A DNA stretch of 64,000 nt from Lama guanicoe (taxonomy: Eukaryota): NCBI GenBank assembly GCA_013239625.1, contig MU054220.1, positions 3,783,374 through 3,847,373 on the forward strand, written 5' to 3'. How positions within the stretch are numbered: position 1 is the stretch's first letter; each line of letters begins with the position of its first letter. A program made the position numbers and the translations under genes. This document shows, in pieces, positions 25,969-39,795 of the stretch. The notes below the pieces were generated by a model. It was not told the DNA's origin and did not search any database. It saw nothing but the letters and a program-made list of their open reading frames with translations.

Positions 25969-26223
25969 CAGAGCTTTTCTTGAAGTGTGTGTTCAGATGT
26001 TAAGTGCACCAGCCAAAGAGCCCTGTGATCAGTGAAGTCTGGGAAATGCTGGCTTAACCCAAGTTAAACAGGATGTTTTGTGGGGGACTTACCAGTGTCT
26101 TTGTTTGACCCAATAGGCATCTTGAATCTCCAGAAAGGGAGGCAGAATCCACACTGGCTCCCAAACCTCTCTGCTGCCACAATCAAGGGTTAGTGTTCTG
26201 TGTTACCCACTTAGGGAAAGGCC
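25969..26223. mobile_element. hAT-Charlie MITE (MER103-like)
   Basis: tgggaaatgctggcttaacccaagttaaacagg...tgaatctcca...; ends cacttagggaaaggc. Confidence 0.55.
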
Positions 26224-26539
26224 GGTTTTTGCTCTACTTTAGGCATGGGACTGTTATTAACTCCTGTTTAATTTATTCACACTCTCCTGTCTTTGCGAGC
26301 CCTTTCCCCTCCCACATTCACATCTGCACTCCACAAACCATTCCTGAGAACCTCATCCCATTAGGCCCCGCACTAGGCACAAGGGTGACACAATGATGCA
26401 TCCGGCACAGAAACAGTCCTTAAGAATTTTTTTGGCTCACTGGGGAGACACTGCAGGTAAGTCTACCAGCTCCCCATTTTTGATAATGGCAGGACTATGC
26501 TCTCAGATTCTCAGGTCTAAACTCTCAGCCAGTCTCTGT

Positions 26540-27300
26540 CCCTCTTGCCCATCACCCCTCACATCCATCAGCAAGCCCTACCAGATCTACCCCAAGATCT
26601 GTCCCAAATCTAATCATGGCTCGCCATTTCTAAGTACTACTGCACTAGTCCCAGTCCCCGTCATGTCTTCCCTGGATGCTGCAGTGGCCTCCTCGCTGAT
26701 CTTCCAGCTTCCCTCTTGCCTCACCAGTCTTTCCTCCACAGAGTAAATGCAATCAGATCGGGCCACTCCCCTGCTTCAAACTGTCTAATGGCTTTCTCTC
26801 ACACTAAACCAAAACCACACTCCTTGCTCTGTCCTCTAAGGCCCCCATGATCCTACCTTACCTACCAACTTGCACAGAATTCACCCTGCCACTCACTGTT
26901 CTCCAGCCATGCCAGTTTCCTTTCAGATCTGACCCCAGGGCCTTTGCACTTGCTGGTCCCTCTTCCTGCAATGCTCATCCTCTGGAGCTTCATACAGATG
27001 TCAGGAGTCTGCCTAATTATCCACCTCCTTGAGGAAACCCTCCTTGACCACCCCATCCAAAACAGTTTCTCCCGTCCAGATGGTTGCTATCATGTTTCCC
27101 TGTCATTTTCCTTCCTTCATAACACTGCCTCCATTTGAAAGTTTTGTGTTTGATTTATTTCCAAGTTTCTTTTCTCTCTTATTGCACTGAAATGTAGGAA
27201 GTTCCATGAGGGCAGGGGATTCCCTTATGCATTGTTCTCCTCTCAGTACATAGCCCATACCTATGCATAGCAGGTGTTCCAGCAATATTTGCTGAGAGGA
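26540..27300 (+). mobile_element. L2 (L2a-like)
   Basis: cactcccctgcttcaaac...cagggcctttgcacttgctg...ttccatgagggcaggg...aatatttgctga. Confidence 0.85.
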
Positions 27301-29939
27301 TAAGTAAGGGAGAATGCTCAAGAGACAGCGATGGGGACAGTCACTGGGTTGTGGTATCGCCAAGGATGCTCCCTGGTTCTGATCTAGCTGGGAAAATACT
27401 CCCACACCTCATCACCCACAGGCCAGATGACAAGGACCTGGGCTCCAGGTCCTGAGCAAGCAGCCAGGAGCCTGCCCCTCTTGGAAAGTTGTAGCTGAGA
27501 CCAGGTCTGTGTCAAGTGCTGTGCTGGGCACTTTTACACACAGGAGGTAAGTTTAAAGCCTTTCGCATCAACACTGAGAGGCAGGTTTCATCCCTCTAAT
27601 TACAGCTAAGGTCACACAGCCAATCTGTAAAACGGCAGATCACTAACAGACCTTTCACTCTAAAACTAGTCCACCATCGGAGGCTGTGAGGAATGAATGA
27701 ATGAATGAATGCATGAAACTTCTAAGCTGCCATGGGAGGGAATGCCAATGGGGAGGGAAATAATGGCAGCCATGGTGGCCCCATCCAAAGCCTTCCCTCT
27801 TCTTATTCCTTCCCCACAGCTGCCCCTCAGCCCCTCAGCCCCTCCCCACCCCGTTCCCTAACACCTAACCCCCCTCAGGGTACGGGGACCTCAAGTGTCC
27901 AGAGACTGGTTTGTGAACTCACTGGCCATGCTCCTTGGAAGGAGCCAACTTCTTGGAGCCTCTGGGTTCTCATCTGTAAAATGGGCAGAGTTAGCTTTGC
28001 TTTGTCTGCTTTCCTGGGTGGTTGTGAGAAATCAAATGAGCCAACAGTGCAGTGTGCACAAAAGGCATGGTCATTATTAGAGACTTCCTCGCGGCCTTAA
28101 TGAGCAACGCCTCCCGGGGGTGTTTGTGTCAGAAAGAACACCAAGGGCAATACTTATGCCCAAAGAAAGACCCTTCAGGGTTAGGACATCAGGTCCGGTG
28201 ATACTTGAAATGAAATCAGGGTGCTCCTTGGGGGCAGGGGCATATCCTTGGTGCCCTCAAAGCCAATAACAGAAGAAACCCATGGCCCTGATGAAACCCC
28301 AGTCCTGACCACACCCTCCAAGACAGTGTCTCAAGGGGAACCATTTGCTAGAGAAAGCCCCGCAGACTCAGGCCTGGGACCCAGGAATATGCATATTAAT
28401 GAGCTGTGCTGCCGTTGCTTTCATTTGCCAGCCAGGGTAGGAGCGCAGGGGCAGACAGAGGAGGGGCTCCAGCTGGCCATGGGGTCAGCAGGTCTGGGGT
28501 TTGCTAGCTGCTGTGTGACTGAGGATATGCCTGTCCCTCTCTGGTCATTATTTTCCCTTGCCCAAAACAGGAGGGCGGGACCAGTCATCACCAACATTCT
28601 GCCCACTCCCATACTCCAGGTTCCACTGTGAGCACCATGAACAAGCCACAACCCCGAGGAGGTTCACAACTAAATCCAAGGAGGGGCAGCCCAGCCTGAA
28701 ACAGAGATGGGGGCTCTGCCCGCCCACATGGCCCTGAACGCTGCGTTTTTGCTTTGTCTCCGTGATGTGAAAACACAATGCTTCTTCAGTGGTGGTGGAG
28801 GAGCCCATGGTGGGGTGGGGGCAGAGGATCCTGAAGCCCATATCCCATGACAGCAAAAAAACATAAAAAAACATATCTCTTATTCCACGCCCCCTCCACC
28901 GCTGAAACACACACCTCTGGCCATTTGCCAGTGAACTCTGAAGCATGAGTATAATTAAAAGGAACTTACAGTTGTCAGAATAAATTAGCAAAGAACCAGG
29001 AGCCTCATTTCTCCTCCTCCTTGCCATCCTAGAAGTTCTCAGTTGGCTGTTCTGTAAAAGTGGACGATCACAGGCAGAGGGTCTCTGGGACACTGAGACA
29101 GTGAGCGAGAGGTCACGTGACGAGGAATGGGCCTGTGGGGGTGCCTGTGGGTGATGGGGGCACAGAGAAGACCGGCAGGTGTGCCTGCAGCCGCAGCACG
29201 TGCCCTTGCAGTTTGAGGTGGGTAGTGTCACAACAAGTCGAATCTGCGGGTTGTGACTCCACATTCAGCAGGCCCAAGGGTAAGGGTTCTGGCCAGTTCC
29301 TGTTCACCCCAGAGACACCGAAGGCCCTTGGATCAAGTCTGCTGTGGGCTCAGGACATGGAAGTGGTCCCACGTGTCTCCACTAAGAGAACGAGTGCATC
29401 CCACAGGTACGCATCCTAAGGCCCCAACTACCTGGGAACTAATCAGATTCCAAGAGGGAAAGACTGATTACAAGTCCACTTTTGTCCCTGTTCCTAGAGC
29501 AGGAAATGGGGTCTCAAGCCCCAGGGACCCAGAACAGCAGAAGTGGCAGGAGTAAGGAGGTGGCAGTTACTGGTGTAAACTCACTGGAGGTCTGGTGCAC
29601 GTCTGATGCTCACTCCTTTGTGCCGCAGGTAGCCACCCCCGCCATCTGCTTGGAATATCGCCACAGCCTCCCACCCGATCTGCTGCGTCACTGTCCCACT
29701 ACTTGACAGAATGAATGAACGAGTGCAGGTCAGACTACCTTTATTCCCATTTTACAGATGAGAAAGCTGAGGTTTAGAGCAATTATCTGGCTCATGTTTA
29801 CTGGGGTAGGCAGCAGGTTTGAACTCAGGCAGGAAGGCTCCAGGGCAAACCTCTTAAGCGTCATCTGATGCCAACATCAAAACTAGGGGACTGGGTAGCA
29901 GCATCCGCTGGACGATGGCAAACACATTTTATTGCTATG

Positions 29940-30145
29940 GGCCAGTGAGGAGTCGTTCCAGCAGAGAAGTAGCTGGTGGGAAGACAGGAACAGCAGGTGT
30001 GCTGAGGGAACCCAGGGAGGCCAACATGGCCGGAGTAGAGTGAGCGAGGGGAGGGTGGGGAAGATGAGGTTGGCAGGAGCTGGCCCACGTGAGGGGTTTA
30101 GATCTGACTTTAAGTGCGATGGGAAGACCCTAGGGGTTTCCAATG
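29940..30145 (-). mobile_element. L2 fragment
   Basis: gaacagcaggtgt...ggccaacatggccggag..gagtgagcgaggg...taagtgcgatgggaag. Confidence 0.75.
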
Positions 30146-30289
30146 GTAGGTACGGCAGCAGCTGTTAGGCAAAGTCCTAGATAATGTCAAATTCCACCCA
30201 AAGCCAGTTCTGACTCCATCCTTCATGCATCAGCCAGAGTGGAACCATTTACCTCCATTGATACACTTAATACAAATGTTCATAACTAG

Positions 30290-30530
30290 CATCTACTAAG
30301 CACCTACTGTATGCCAGGCACTGTGCTGAGCACTGTTACATACATTCATTCTCTTATTAAATCCTCATGCAGATCCCATGACACAGTTTTACTTCTGACA
30401 TGATTTACTTGACAATAATATACGAGTATTCTTGTTATTATCTCATTTTACAGATGAAGAAACTGAGGCTCCCATGGTTAAGTAGCTTGTTCAATATCCC
30501 AGCCACTGGCAGAGCCAGAACTTGTACCTC
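30290..30530 (-). mobile_element. MIR SINE
   Basis: gcacctactgtatgccaggcactgtgct...cattttacagatgaagaaactgaggct. Confidence 0.85.
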
Positions 30531-30586
30531 TGTCTGTGTGAGTGCAGAGACTGAGTATGTAATACTAGCCCCCCTGCCACCCCCGA

Positions 30587-30591
<5 letters not shown>

Positions 30592-30617
<26 letters not shown>

Positions 30618-30649
30618 GCATGCACTCCTGCACGCACGCGCACACACAC
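30592..30649. repeat. Interrupted (CA)n microsatellite
   Basis: Read directly. Confidence 0.9.
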
Positions 30650-32169
30650 TTTGGGCTTTAACTCTCTGGGCATTCGGTTGGGGTGGAGCTGGTAGAATTT
30701 AGAGGGCCCTTCTCAAACAAAACTTGAGCATAGCTCTTTCTCTTTTTCCCTCTTGCAGAGCATCCAAAGGCAGCCCCTGCTCTGGCCACTAAGATGGACG
30801 CTGGGGATCAGGGTGAAGGGGCCCCACTTTGCCCTCCTCTAATGGCTCACGTTCATTTCTGGATAACGCAATCAGAGCTCAAGGATTAATGGACGTGGCT
30901 CTTGCTTTCAAGTCCCACCCGCTGACAGATCGCCTAATTTCTCCCCCTGTTTCTGAACCTTTCAGAAAAAAATACAGGCGGCTTGCTTATCTTAGTGTGG
31001 GGTTGCCGTGGAAACCGCATCCCTTGTGAGATGCACTGTCATAACATTTCAGTGCTGTTCGGAACACTTAAAGACACAGCCTCCTCCTCTTCAGGGCCTC
31101 AGTCCACGGGCAGGCAGTTGTCAAGTGGTTGGGCAGTGGGTAGGAGGTCAGTGTGGTGGGAGGTGAGGAACTAGGAGGACCTCTGGATTTGGAAATGTCG
31201 GCTCTCATCCTCCAAGGCTTGGGGTCACTTGGGTCCAGTAAGTGGAGGGGAGGGCTCAGAGAACAGACACCCTTCAAGTGGCTTCTAGTCCAGGGATCTG
31301 CCTGCCATGCGTTTGCTTCTAACTGCACCTGGGACTCTTCAGCAGACAGTCTTTGGGCCCCAGGGCTGTTCTGCCCCGCAGCAGAGTCAGAGTGCCCAGA
31401 GTCACCCACCTCCATGCCAGGGGCCCTGAGCCGAGGGCTGACAAGAAAGCCCAGTTCCCTGGTCTTGGTTGAGGATAAGCTCTGAGCTCCCCTATGGAGT
31501 CGAGGGGAAGCCGCCTTCTGTGGGATGCTGCCTGGGATCCCCCTGGCTTGGGTCCACCCCTTCCCTCCCTCAGCCATTCCTCTGGAAGCAGACCCTTAAC
31601 AAACCACTTAAACAGGAACCTTGTCTCAGAGTCTGCTCCTGGGACAGCCTGATCTTGGGCACACAGTAGTCATGCTGGAGCTGCTCTCAGATCCAGCCTC
31701 AGCTCTTCCCCATCTCCCGCAAACCCTGGAATTCCAGCCACACCTAATGACTGCCTTTCCCCACAGCCATGCTCTCTTGAACCTCAGGGCCTTGGCACGT
31801 GCCATTGGTCTGTGCACTCTGCTTGGCCCCTCCTCCCAGGCCTCCTTCCCCAGGCCAAGGCCCACATGCCCAGCAACGGCTGGCTGAGGCATCCTCTCAC
31901 CTGGGAGGCCTTCCCTGGTCCTCAGCCACCACTGAAGGGGCTCAGAGAAGCACAGGGATCTCCCTGTTTCTACATCACTTTCATCAGGCCCCATCTTGGA
32001 GAGGATATACTTGGTGTCCCAGAGCTGGCTGTGAGCCCCCCAGGGCAGGCACTGTGCCTTCATCTCTGCATCCTCACAGCCCACTCAGGGTCTGTGCTGA
32101 GGAAGTGCTAGCAAACACCAAAGAATCGAATGAAAGCACAATCAGGTAGCGCTCACTCTGTGCCGAATA

Positions 32170-32900
32170 GTCAGTCAGACAAGCCCCATGGTCCTCACAA
32201 CACCTGCAAGGCCCTGTATGATGGGCCTGGCTGCCTCGCCCACCTCTGTGCACTTGCTCCCCCATCCCTCGCTCACCACTCCAGTCCTGGGATATGGCAG
32301 CCATCACACCCCAAGCCCTTGATGCCTGAGGTTCCCCTGCTGCAGCTGTCTTTGTCGCAGAAGCCTTGGGCTTGTTCCCTCACTTTCTCTGATCTGTGAT
32401 TAAATGTCACCCTCAGAGGGGTCTCCCTGACCCCTGTATTGAAAACAGCTTCCCATGGAGGAAGGGTATATCTCAGTGGCAGAGTAAATGCTTAGCATGC
32501 ATGAGATTCTGGGTTCAATCCCCAGTATCTCCGTTAAAAAAAAAAAAACATAAACCTCATTACCTTCCCCTGCAAAAAAACAAACAGAAAAAAGAAAACA
32601 GCTTCCCCCATCATCACTCACTGATTTTCTTGCTACCACAAATATATATTTGTTTATATACAATATATGAGCCTATGATAAATATGTATTTAATGATATA
32701 CATACAACTAAGTATATAACATTTATATAACATATAAATTGATTCACACTGACCATATGTTTGGTTGTCTGCCTCTCCTACTAGCGCGTAAGTCCACAAA
32801 GAGGGACCTTTTGTTCACTACTGTAATGCCAGTACCCAGAACAGTGTCTGACGCACATTCATTGTAAGTGCTCAATAAATAGTTTTGAGTGAGTGAATAC
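32170..32900 (+). mobile_element. L2 interrupted by a Vic-1-type SINE and a TA-rich stretch
   Basis: aaggccctgtatgat...aaatgtcacc.tcagagggg...; 3' end cagtacccagaacagtgtctg...gtgctcaataaatag. Confidence 0.8.
32457..32593 (+). mobile_element. Camelid Vic-1-type SINE
   Basis: tRNA-Ala-like head; perfect 14-bp TSD gaaaacagcttccc at 32441-32454 and 32594-32607. Confidence 0.9.
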
Positions 32901-33675
32901 AGTGCTAGCCCTCTGTTGACTGCCGAGAAGCAGTCCTCTGATGTAAGTGCTATTACAAACTGAAGCTCACTGGGTGAAATGACTTGCCCAAGGCCGCACA
33001 GCCCGAGGGCACCCTTAGCGCCACAGCCCTGGGGCCTGACTGCCAGCCTTGACCATGAACCCTCTCCAGCAACACTGCACTCTGCACACTGCCCCCGGAG
33101 CCCGTCCCCTCTTTCCAGAGCAGACACCTAGACCTTGGTGATGGCACCTCCATGGTAGGGGATGCAGTGGGGACCAGGAAGAGGAAATAGTCCACAGAAG
33201 AGGGGACAGGGTCACCTCTGAGCACTTCTCAGTGCCGACAAGGAGGTGGGGCTGGTGGCGGTAATTCTGCAGAATGGAAAGACATCCCCATCAGCTTCTT
33301 AATTACTGCCAAGGCTCCCAGATCCTCCACAGTGGGGGTCCAGATGAAAGCTCTCCATCCTCTTCAGGGGTCCCAACATGTCTGTTATTAACTGAACATA
33401 TGAACCCAATAGCTCAAACGTTTGAATGGAAATTATTATGGATGCACTTCAGGCACACCTCCCTCTTTCCCCTCAAAGCGGAAGGAGTAGGGGCCCAATG
33501 AGATGGGTCGTATTGCTCACCGCCCAGATCCTGGAGTCAGCCAATGGCAGGGCATGAAGCCCAGGGACTTCTCCCCTGACCTTGCCTTGCCAGGATAGCC
33601 TTCATTTTCTGAGGGCCTGGAGAAGGGCCTCAGGACAGACTCTGCACTAAATGCACTAAAAAAAAAAAAAAAAAA

Positions 33676-33712
33676 NNNNNNNNNNNNNNNNNNNNNNNNN
33701 NNNNNNNNNNNN
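33676..33712. other. Assembly gap (37 N) inside a poly(A) run
   Basis: N run flanked by A runs 33658-33675 and 33713-33729. Confidence 0.98.
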
Positions 33713-35356
33713 AAAAAAAAAAAAAAAAACACCTCTGACACAAAAATGCCATTTCCTAAAGGGATCTGCAAGAAGAAGCCATTTAAGATGATGCCATCAT
33801 CAGCCATCCTGTCCTGGCTACAGTCGTGCCCCTGGCCCTGCACTGATGCGGTCCCCACCCCTGTGAATCAGCTGTCAGCAGCCCCGCTTTACAGATGAGG
33901 AAGCCTAGGCTCCTAGGGGGTATGCAGGATACTAAACCTCATGGTGTCCCCTTTTGGGGTATCTCACCTTGCTTGACCAGGTTCCTTGGGTGTCTGCCAT
34001 CCCATCTCTTTTCTGTTCTCCGAGAGCTCAGAGCAAGTAAGCATGCAGGCGTAGGCGCGCATGCACACAGGTGCACACGCAGCACCCAGGCGCCTTGCTG
34101 GCCCCTAATAGCCCAGCAGTGAGGTTGCTGCCCAGGTGATTGACCGAGGGCTCTGGGTCCATGATGCCCAAGGTCTTGGACTCAAGGACAGGATGAGGAC
34201 TCTCATGATTTCTCTTGACAGCCCAGGAAATCTTGAGAGACCTTGCTCCGTGGAGTAACAGCCAACATCTCCCAGGTCCCGAAAGCATGCAGAAAGGGGC
34301 TCTGGACCGGGGTGAGGACTCCTAAAGGGGTCTTTCTGGTCCGAGCATCTCTCACAGTCCCACAGATAAGGGCTGGAAGGAGGGAGCCAGAGCTACATTT
34401 TGAACACGAACTGTTATATTGTTTTTCCTTTTCCAGTGCTTGCAGTGTCCTGCTGACAGACTATGAAAATAAAGACTCATTTCCCACTGATGTGGAGTAT
34501 TTTTTTTCTTTTCGCTCCACAAATACCGTAATTCTGGGTTTCTGGCACACTATCCACCCCGGCTTGCTCCTGGATCAGCGTCTAATCCTGAAGGCTCCTC
34601 ATGAACACACCTCCCTCTGCCACATCACGGCCTCTCTTTGTCTCAGCAAATTCCTACAAGCCCCCTGGCAAGGCATCCTCCCCCACCTTTGTCAGACAAG
34701 GAGACTGAGGTTCAGAGCAGCTTGTCTGAGGCCACACAGCAAGTTCACAAAGGAACAGACAAATCATGGAGAGCTTTTTTCTTCATGGATAGAAAAACCA
34801 GTAGAGCTATTTTCCTTCCCAAGCCTCCAAATTGGACAGTTTAATCTGGCTGATGGCTAAAGACGGGAAGAATTCTACAAGATCCACCATCGGGTGCTGG
34901 TTTCACTCCTCCACCCATGACTTATTTCTAATGGGAAGTGAGAACCTTAGCTTCTCTGAGGATTGCAGCCCTGCCTCGCGTAAACATTCACAAGCTGTGA
35001 AAAGAATTCATTGATGAATTCATACAACACTCCCTGGGTGAATGAAATCCAGCCACTGATGTGAGAGTGGTGCTGCAAGATTGCTGCACAGAGAAAATCT
35101 GCACGCCTCTTCCTTCTCTGATCCCAGTCCTCTCTGGATGCCCAGGTGTCCTGCACAGCCTGGTCTGCACAAAGACAAAGGCAGCCAGGTGCGTGGATTC
35201 TTCCCTTGGCCTCTCCTCTCCTTGGAGCAGTCAACTCTGACACGTGTCCTCCTCAATCCTGGCCAGCTTCTCCAAGTACAAGAGAGACAAAGCCACTGGC
35301 GAGGGGCCCCCAGCTCTTGTCAAACATGTCGCTTTGCAGGAAATCCCTCCTCCAAC

Positions 35357-35556
35357 CTGCACTCTCCAATATGGCAGCCACTAGCCACATGCGGCTACTA
35401 CATGTAAATCAGTAAAAATTAAATAAAATTAAAATGTCATCCGCCTATGGCCCTAGTCACACTCCCAGTGTCCAGTGTGGCATGTGTCTCATACATTGGA
35501 ATAGGGAACGCATAGAACATTTCCATTCCCACCAAAAGTTCCACGGGACAGCACTG
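35357..35556. mobile_element. MER3-like hAT-Charlie MITE
   Basis: gcactctccaatatggcagccactagccacatgcggcta...catagaacatttcc...aaagttc...ggacagcactg. Confidence 0.8.
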
Positions 35557-38500
35557 CTGCAAGAGCTGCTGAGAATGGGGTGGACACGCTGCTAATAATC
35601 ACAGCCATCCGGGGACCGAGGGTCCCGGGAAAGCCTCAGCCTGCCCAAAGGGTCTCTGGGCCCCGGTATGACCTACGAAAGAAGAGGCATGAAAAGAGTA
35701 TACCCAGCCAGCTCCTATTTCAAACTCTGGATTCGCAACCTTTTCTTCACCTGTAAAATGGGGATAATGCTACCTGATCTGCCAAGGAGAGTAGGTGGAA
35801 GGCACCTGACCTGGGCCAGCCTCTGAGCAGGTCCCGGTGTGACTGCCTGCCCTGGGCTATAATGGGGGGCTTAAAGATAGACACGCAGCCTGGGAATGGC
35901 GACCAGGTGAGACTGGGGGGCTTCTGAGAGCTCCAGAGAGCAACCTCAGCAAAGAACGAGCAATTACAGATCACTTGAAAAGCATCTCCTACTAGCCGGA
36001 GTGCGGGTCAGCCTGATTCCTGGATTTTGTCTGGTCAGAGATGATATTCACATATGCCAATCAATACCTATTCAGTGTCTGTGTTGGACCTGGCCAGGTG
36101 CTGAATGTTTTATATCCTTTGACTTTCATAACAACCCTGTAAGATCAGATTTTTTATTTCCATTTTGCAGGAGGAAATTGAGACCCAGGGAAGCTAAGAA
36201 AGTTGGCTCTTGTCCTCTGAGCCCACTGCTTCCCTCTCTCTGCCTCCTTGTGTAAAGAGGATGAGAATCAACCTCCAGTAGCCAGCAAGCCAGCACCCAG
36301 AACTGCCCCGAGGGCCCCACCAAATGAATTCTGTCAGCTCCGCACACTCACAGCTGTAGAAAGATCTGAACTGCGGGTGAGAAACGTGCTGTGTCTGGAA
36401 TCCAGTAGGGCTGCTTTCGAATCCCAAGCGTGCTCCTCACTGGTGGCATGAGAGTTAATTCTCCTCCCTGAGCCTCAGCTTCCTTATCTGTAAAGGAGGG
36501 CTCCTAACTATAGCACCAGGTCAACGTGAGGAGTTGAGTGTGTCCTTGAGGGTAATATGAGCTTAACACACAGGAAGCACTCAAATAAGGTTGCTTATGT
36601 CATTATTTTTCAAGAGCTGAAATTTTTGCCCCGATTTGTTTAGCTTCAGAATCTACTCTCTCTTTGTTGTACCCTGTCCCGTCTTGTCTCCACCCCGACA
36701 AGCAGCATATACACCCCTTCCTAATAAGGCCCTGCTCTGGCTAATAGTAAAAATGGTTTGCATTCCTAAGATCACCATCAACGGTAGGATGGAGAGAAAT
36801 GGAGCAAGAGTTAACAATATAAGCGGACAAGCCCTGCACAGGTGGTGGGGAAGGGACTACAGTCCTGACACTGTCCCAGATCCCTGGGTAACTTCCACCC
36901 ACCAGTGGGGCCCTACCCATTGTCCCTTAAGAGTAATAGATGCTACAAAATTGGCAGGAAGGTACTCTGAGGCTGCCACCAGATTTTGCTCTGAATCTAC
37001 CTAATATGAGGTTTCAAAGCACAGAACCACAGAGCCTCCTTCCCTGCCAGCTTATCCCGCCACCCCCCACCCCTGAAGCTCACTTCACCCTTCAGCAGGA
37101 GGAGGGCTGGGGTGGGAGCCCACGGAACAGAGAGGAGGCTTCAGCTCTGCTCTGTCACTTACCAGCAGGAAACTGCAAGAAAATCTCATGCTTTCAGAGC
37201 CTCAGTCTGCTCGTCTGTCAAATGCGGACATCACACGTGCCCCGCCTACTTCACACAGCATCGGGAGCCTGAACGAGCACGGTGGGTGTACAAAGGTCTG
37301 TAAACCCCAGACTCAAACACTGTTTAGACCTGTGGGCAGCATCCATGGTGCCCTTGTCTCAACTGATCATCGTAACAGCTAACTAGTACCTCCCACCATA
37401 TTCAATACTTCATGGGCTTTGGCCGCCCAGTCCTCAAAGCAGCCTAGTCAGTGGGGCACTATTGTTGGACCCACTTTGCAATGGGGAATACTTGGAGTTC
37501 AGTGACTTGCCCAAGGTCATGCAGATAGTAAGTAGCAAGGGTCCATAACCCTCGGCCCAAGTCCTCTGCTGCCGTGGGCACCTCCCGCCCCTGCCCTCTG
37601 ACCTCAGCCATCCATCCCAGCAAGCTGCCCTGTCACCAATGATCAGCAGGCGGCAAGAGTGAGAGGGCCCAGGAACATAGTTCTGCTTTGCCAGGTCCAA
37701 TCAGTAACCCAATGCATACAGAGTGGAACAGAGCCGGAGGACCCTCAGGACAAAGGGAGCACTATGAATGGTGTAAACCACCTTGCCAAAACCACAAATA
37801 TTCTGTGGCAAGAACTCGCAGTGGGCTGCAGTGTGGGCCAAAATACAATTTGCTGAATGAATATATCAATGAAGAGAAAGTATTAAAGTAACGGATGTGG
37901 AAAGGCCATTAAAAAAAAAAAACAGCAAGAGGGGAATAAATGCAAAACGCGGAATGGGAAAAGGCCAGCTCAGGCTGGGTGGGGCCTTCGGTGTTTCTGG
38001 GCTGGGGCAGTGGATACTCATGTGTTTAATGTATTATTGTAATTAATTTCCTACATTTATTAATAAATATCCTTTTGGATCTCATCACTGTTCAACGGAA
38101 GCATTCGCACGCGAGCTGTTTTCAGCCCCTTTGAAACATCTGGATTTCGGCACTAACCTTGCCCTTATTTAGAATAATACTTTGTCTCATTATATCGTGG
38201 TTAGGGATGATTAAAATCACCATAGACATTTTTAATAATACTTGTTATTTATATAATACTCCACATTTTTATGGTCTTCACCACTTGCATTATTGAGTTG
38301 AAACTTAGAAGTCAGGAATGCAGCTGTTGTAGGGCAGAAAATGCTAGAAACCAGAGCTGCCTTTTGCTCCTGATTCTGCCTCCTATCAGCTGTGAGACCC
38401 TGAAGAAGCCCTTGAGCTTCCTGGAGCCTCAGTTTCTCAGCTGGGAAAATGGGAGAATGTACTTGGCTGTCTGTCTGGCCAGATGGTTCATTAACCCTTA

Positions 38501-39575
38501 TTGACTGCTCAAGTATCTACTGACCATTTCCTGTGTGCCGGGCTCAGCCCTGAGTGCTGGGGACATGGCAGAAGACTTCTCAGAGGCTGCCGGCCAGGGA
38601 TGGAGACAGACAGTGGACAAAGAATACTATAACAGTACTTTGTGATGTCAAGAGAATTATGAGAAGTGATAGCACAGGGTCCCCAGAGAGCTGATGGAAA
38701 GGGGTTCAACAGGTCCAAGGGGCAGCGGTGGGGGCATTAATGCCTGAACACATTCTCATGATCTGAAGTCTTGTCGGGAAGGTAATGGGTTGACACCACT
38801 ATTGTAAAGACAAGAATTAAAAAGCTTTACAGAATATAGAGTAAAAACAAGCCCATGAGCCAGGAACAGAAGGCTGACAAGACAGGGCCAAGAGCTCGCC
38901 TGTACACACCAGCACAAAATCCTGCCATACGTTGGCACCGGTTGGTAATTAGCTGTTGCTCTGGGCTCCAAAGTCTTCCCACAGCCTCCCGACCCCTCCC
39001 CAGGCTCCAGCAGCTAAAGGAGGGACATCTGTCCCTGCAGGGACCTCTGAGATCCAGTACGATGACCAGTGTCTATTCCAGGTGGTCAGTGCCAGCATCC
39101 ACCTGTCATTAAATATCTGGCATTTTGCCCTTGAGTCAAAGGATGGGGTTATAAATCACACCTCAATCTCTCCACGCAAGCCAACAACGCAGGCTGTATC
39201 CTGACCCCTCCCTTCCCATCTAAGCCCCGGCAATGAGCCAGGCTATGCCTCTGGGGTCCAGGGAAGTTCACCTCATAAAGGCACACTGAAGATGAGTTCT
39301 GGTGGAGGAGGCGAAGGATCTGCATGAACAGGCTGGAAAAGTGTATTCTAGAGGAACAGCCTCTGTGAAGGCAGCTCCTAGAGGGAAGCGTTTATAGTCT
39401 TGAGAGGCCGAGAGACCAGTGCACACAACACTGGCTCACACAGCGAGCGGGGGTGGGCAGAGCCTTGAGGCCACATCGAGGATGTTGGGATTTATCCTGT
39501 GAGTGCTGGAAGTTCAATGGGATCTGTAGGACCTCATAGGATTGGACAAGTGCCCAGTGTAAGCCAGCCTCATAA

Positions 39576-39795
39576 ATGGTTCTGGTACGTCCTGGATACA
39601 TGTGTTGTGATTTTCTTCTTCCAGTCTGTGGCTTTCTGATTCATTTTCTTAACAGAAGTGAGCAGAAGTTTTAAATTTTGATGAAGTCCAATTCATCAGT
39701 TTTTCCTTTCATGGTTACTATTTTTAATGTCCCGTCTAAGAAATCTTTGCCTACCACAAGGTTGTGAAGCTATTCTCCCGTGCTTTCTTCCAGAA
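39576..39795 (-). mobile_element. Inverted 5' segment of an old L1 (ORF2 3' region)
   Basis: ccagtctgtggct...gagcagaagttttaaattttgatgaagtccaat...taagaaatctttgccta...ttcttccagaa is antisense L1. Confidence 0.85.

Noticed and set aside
28548..29264. Longest ORF (238 aa, - strand)
   Set aside because: No recognisable domain, composition typical of translated non-coding DNA, and no convincing gene context
32640..32740. AT-rich quasi-palindromic stretch
   Set aside because: Low-complexity TA expansion inside an L2 copy
33658..33729. Long poly(A) suggesting a retrocopy tail
   Set aside because: Contains an assembly gap; no upstream retrocopy body or TSD identifiable
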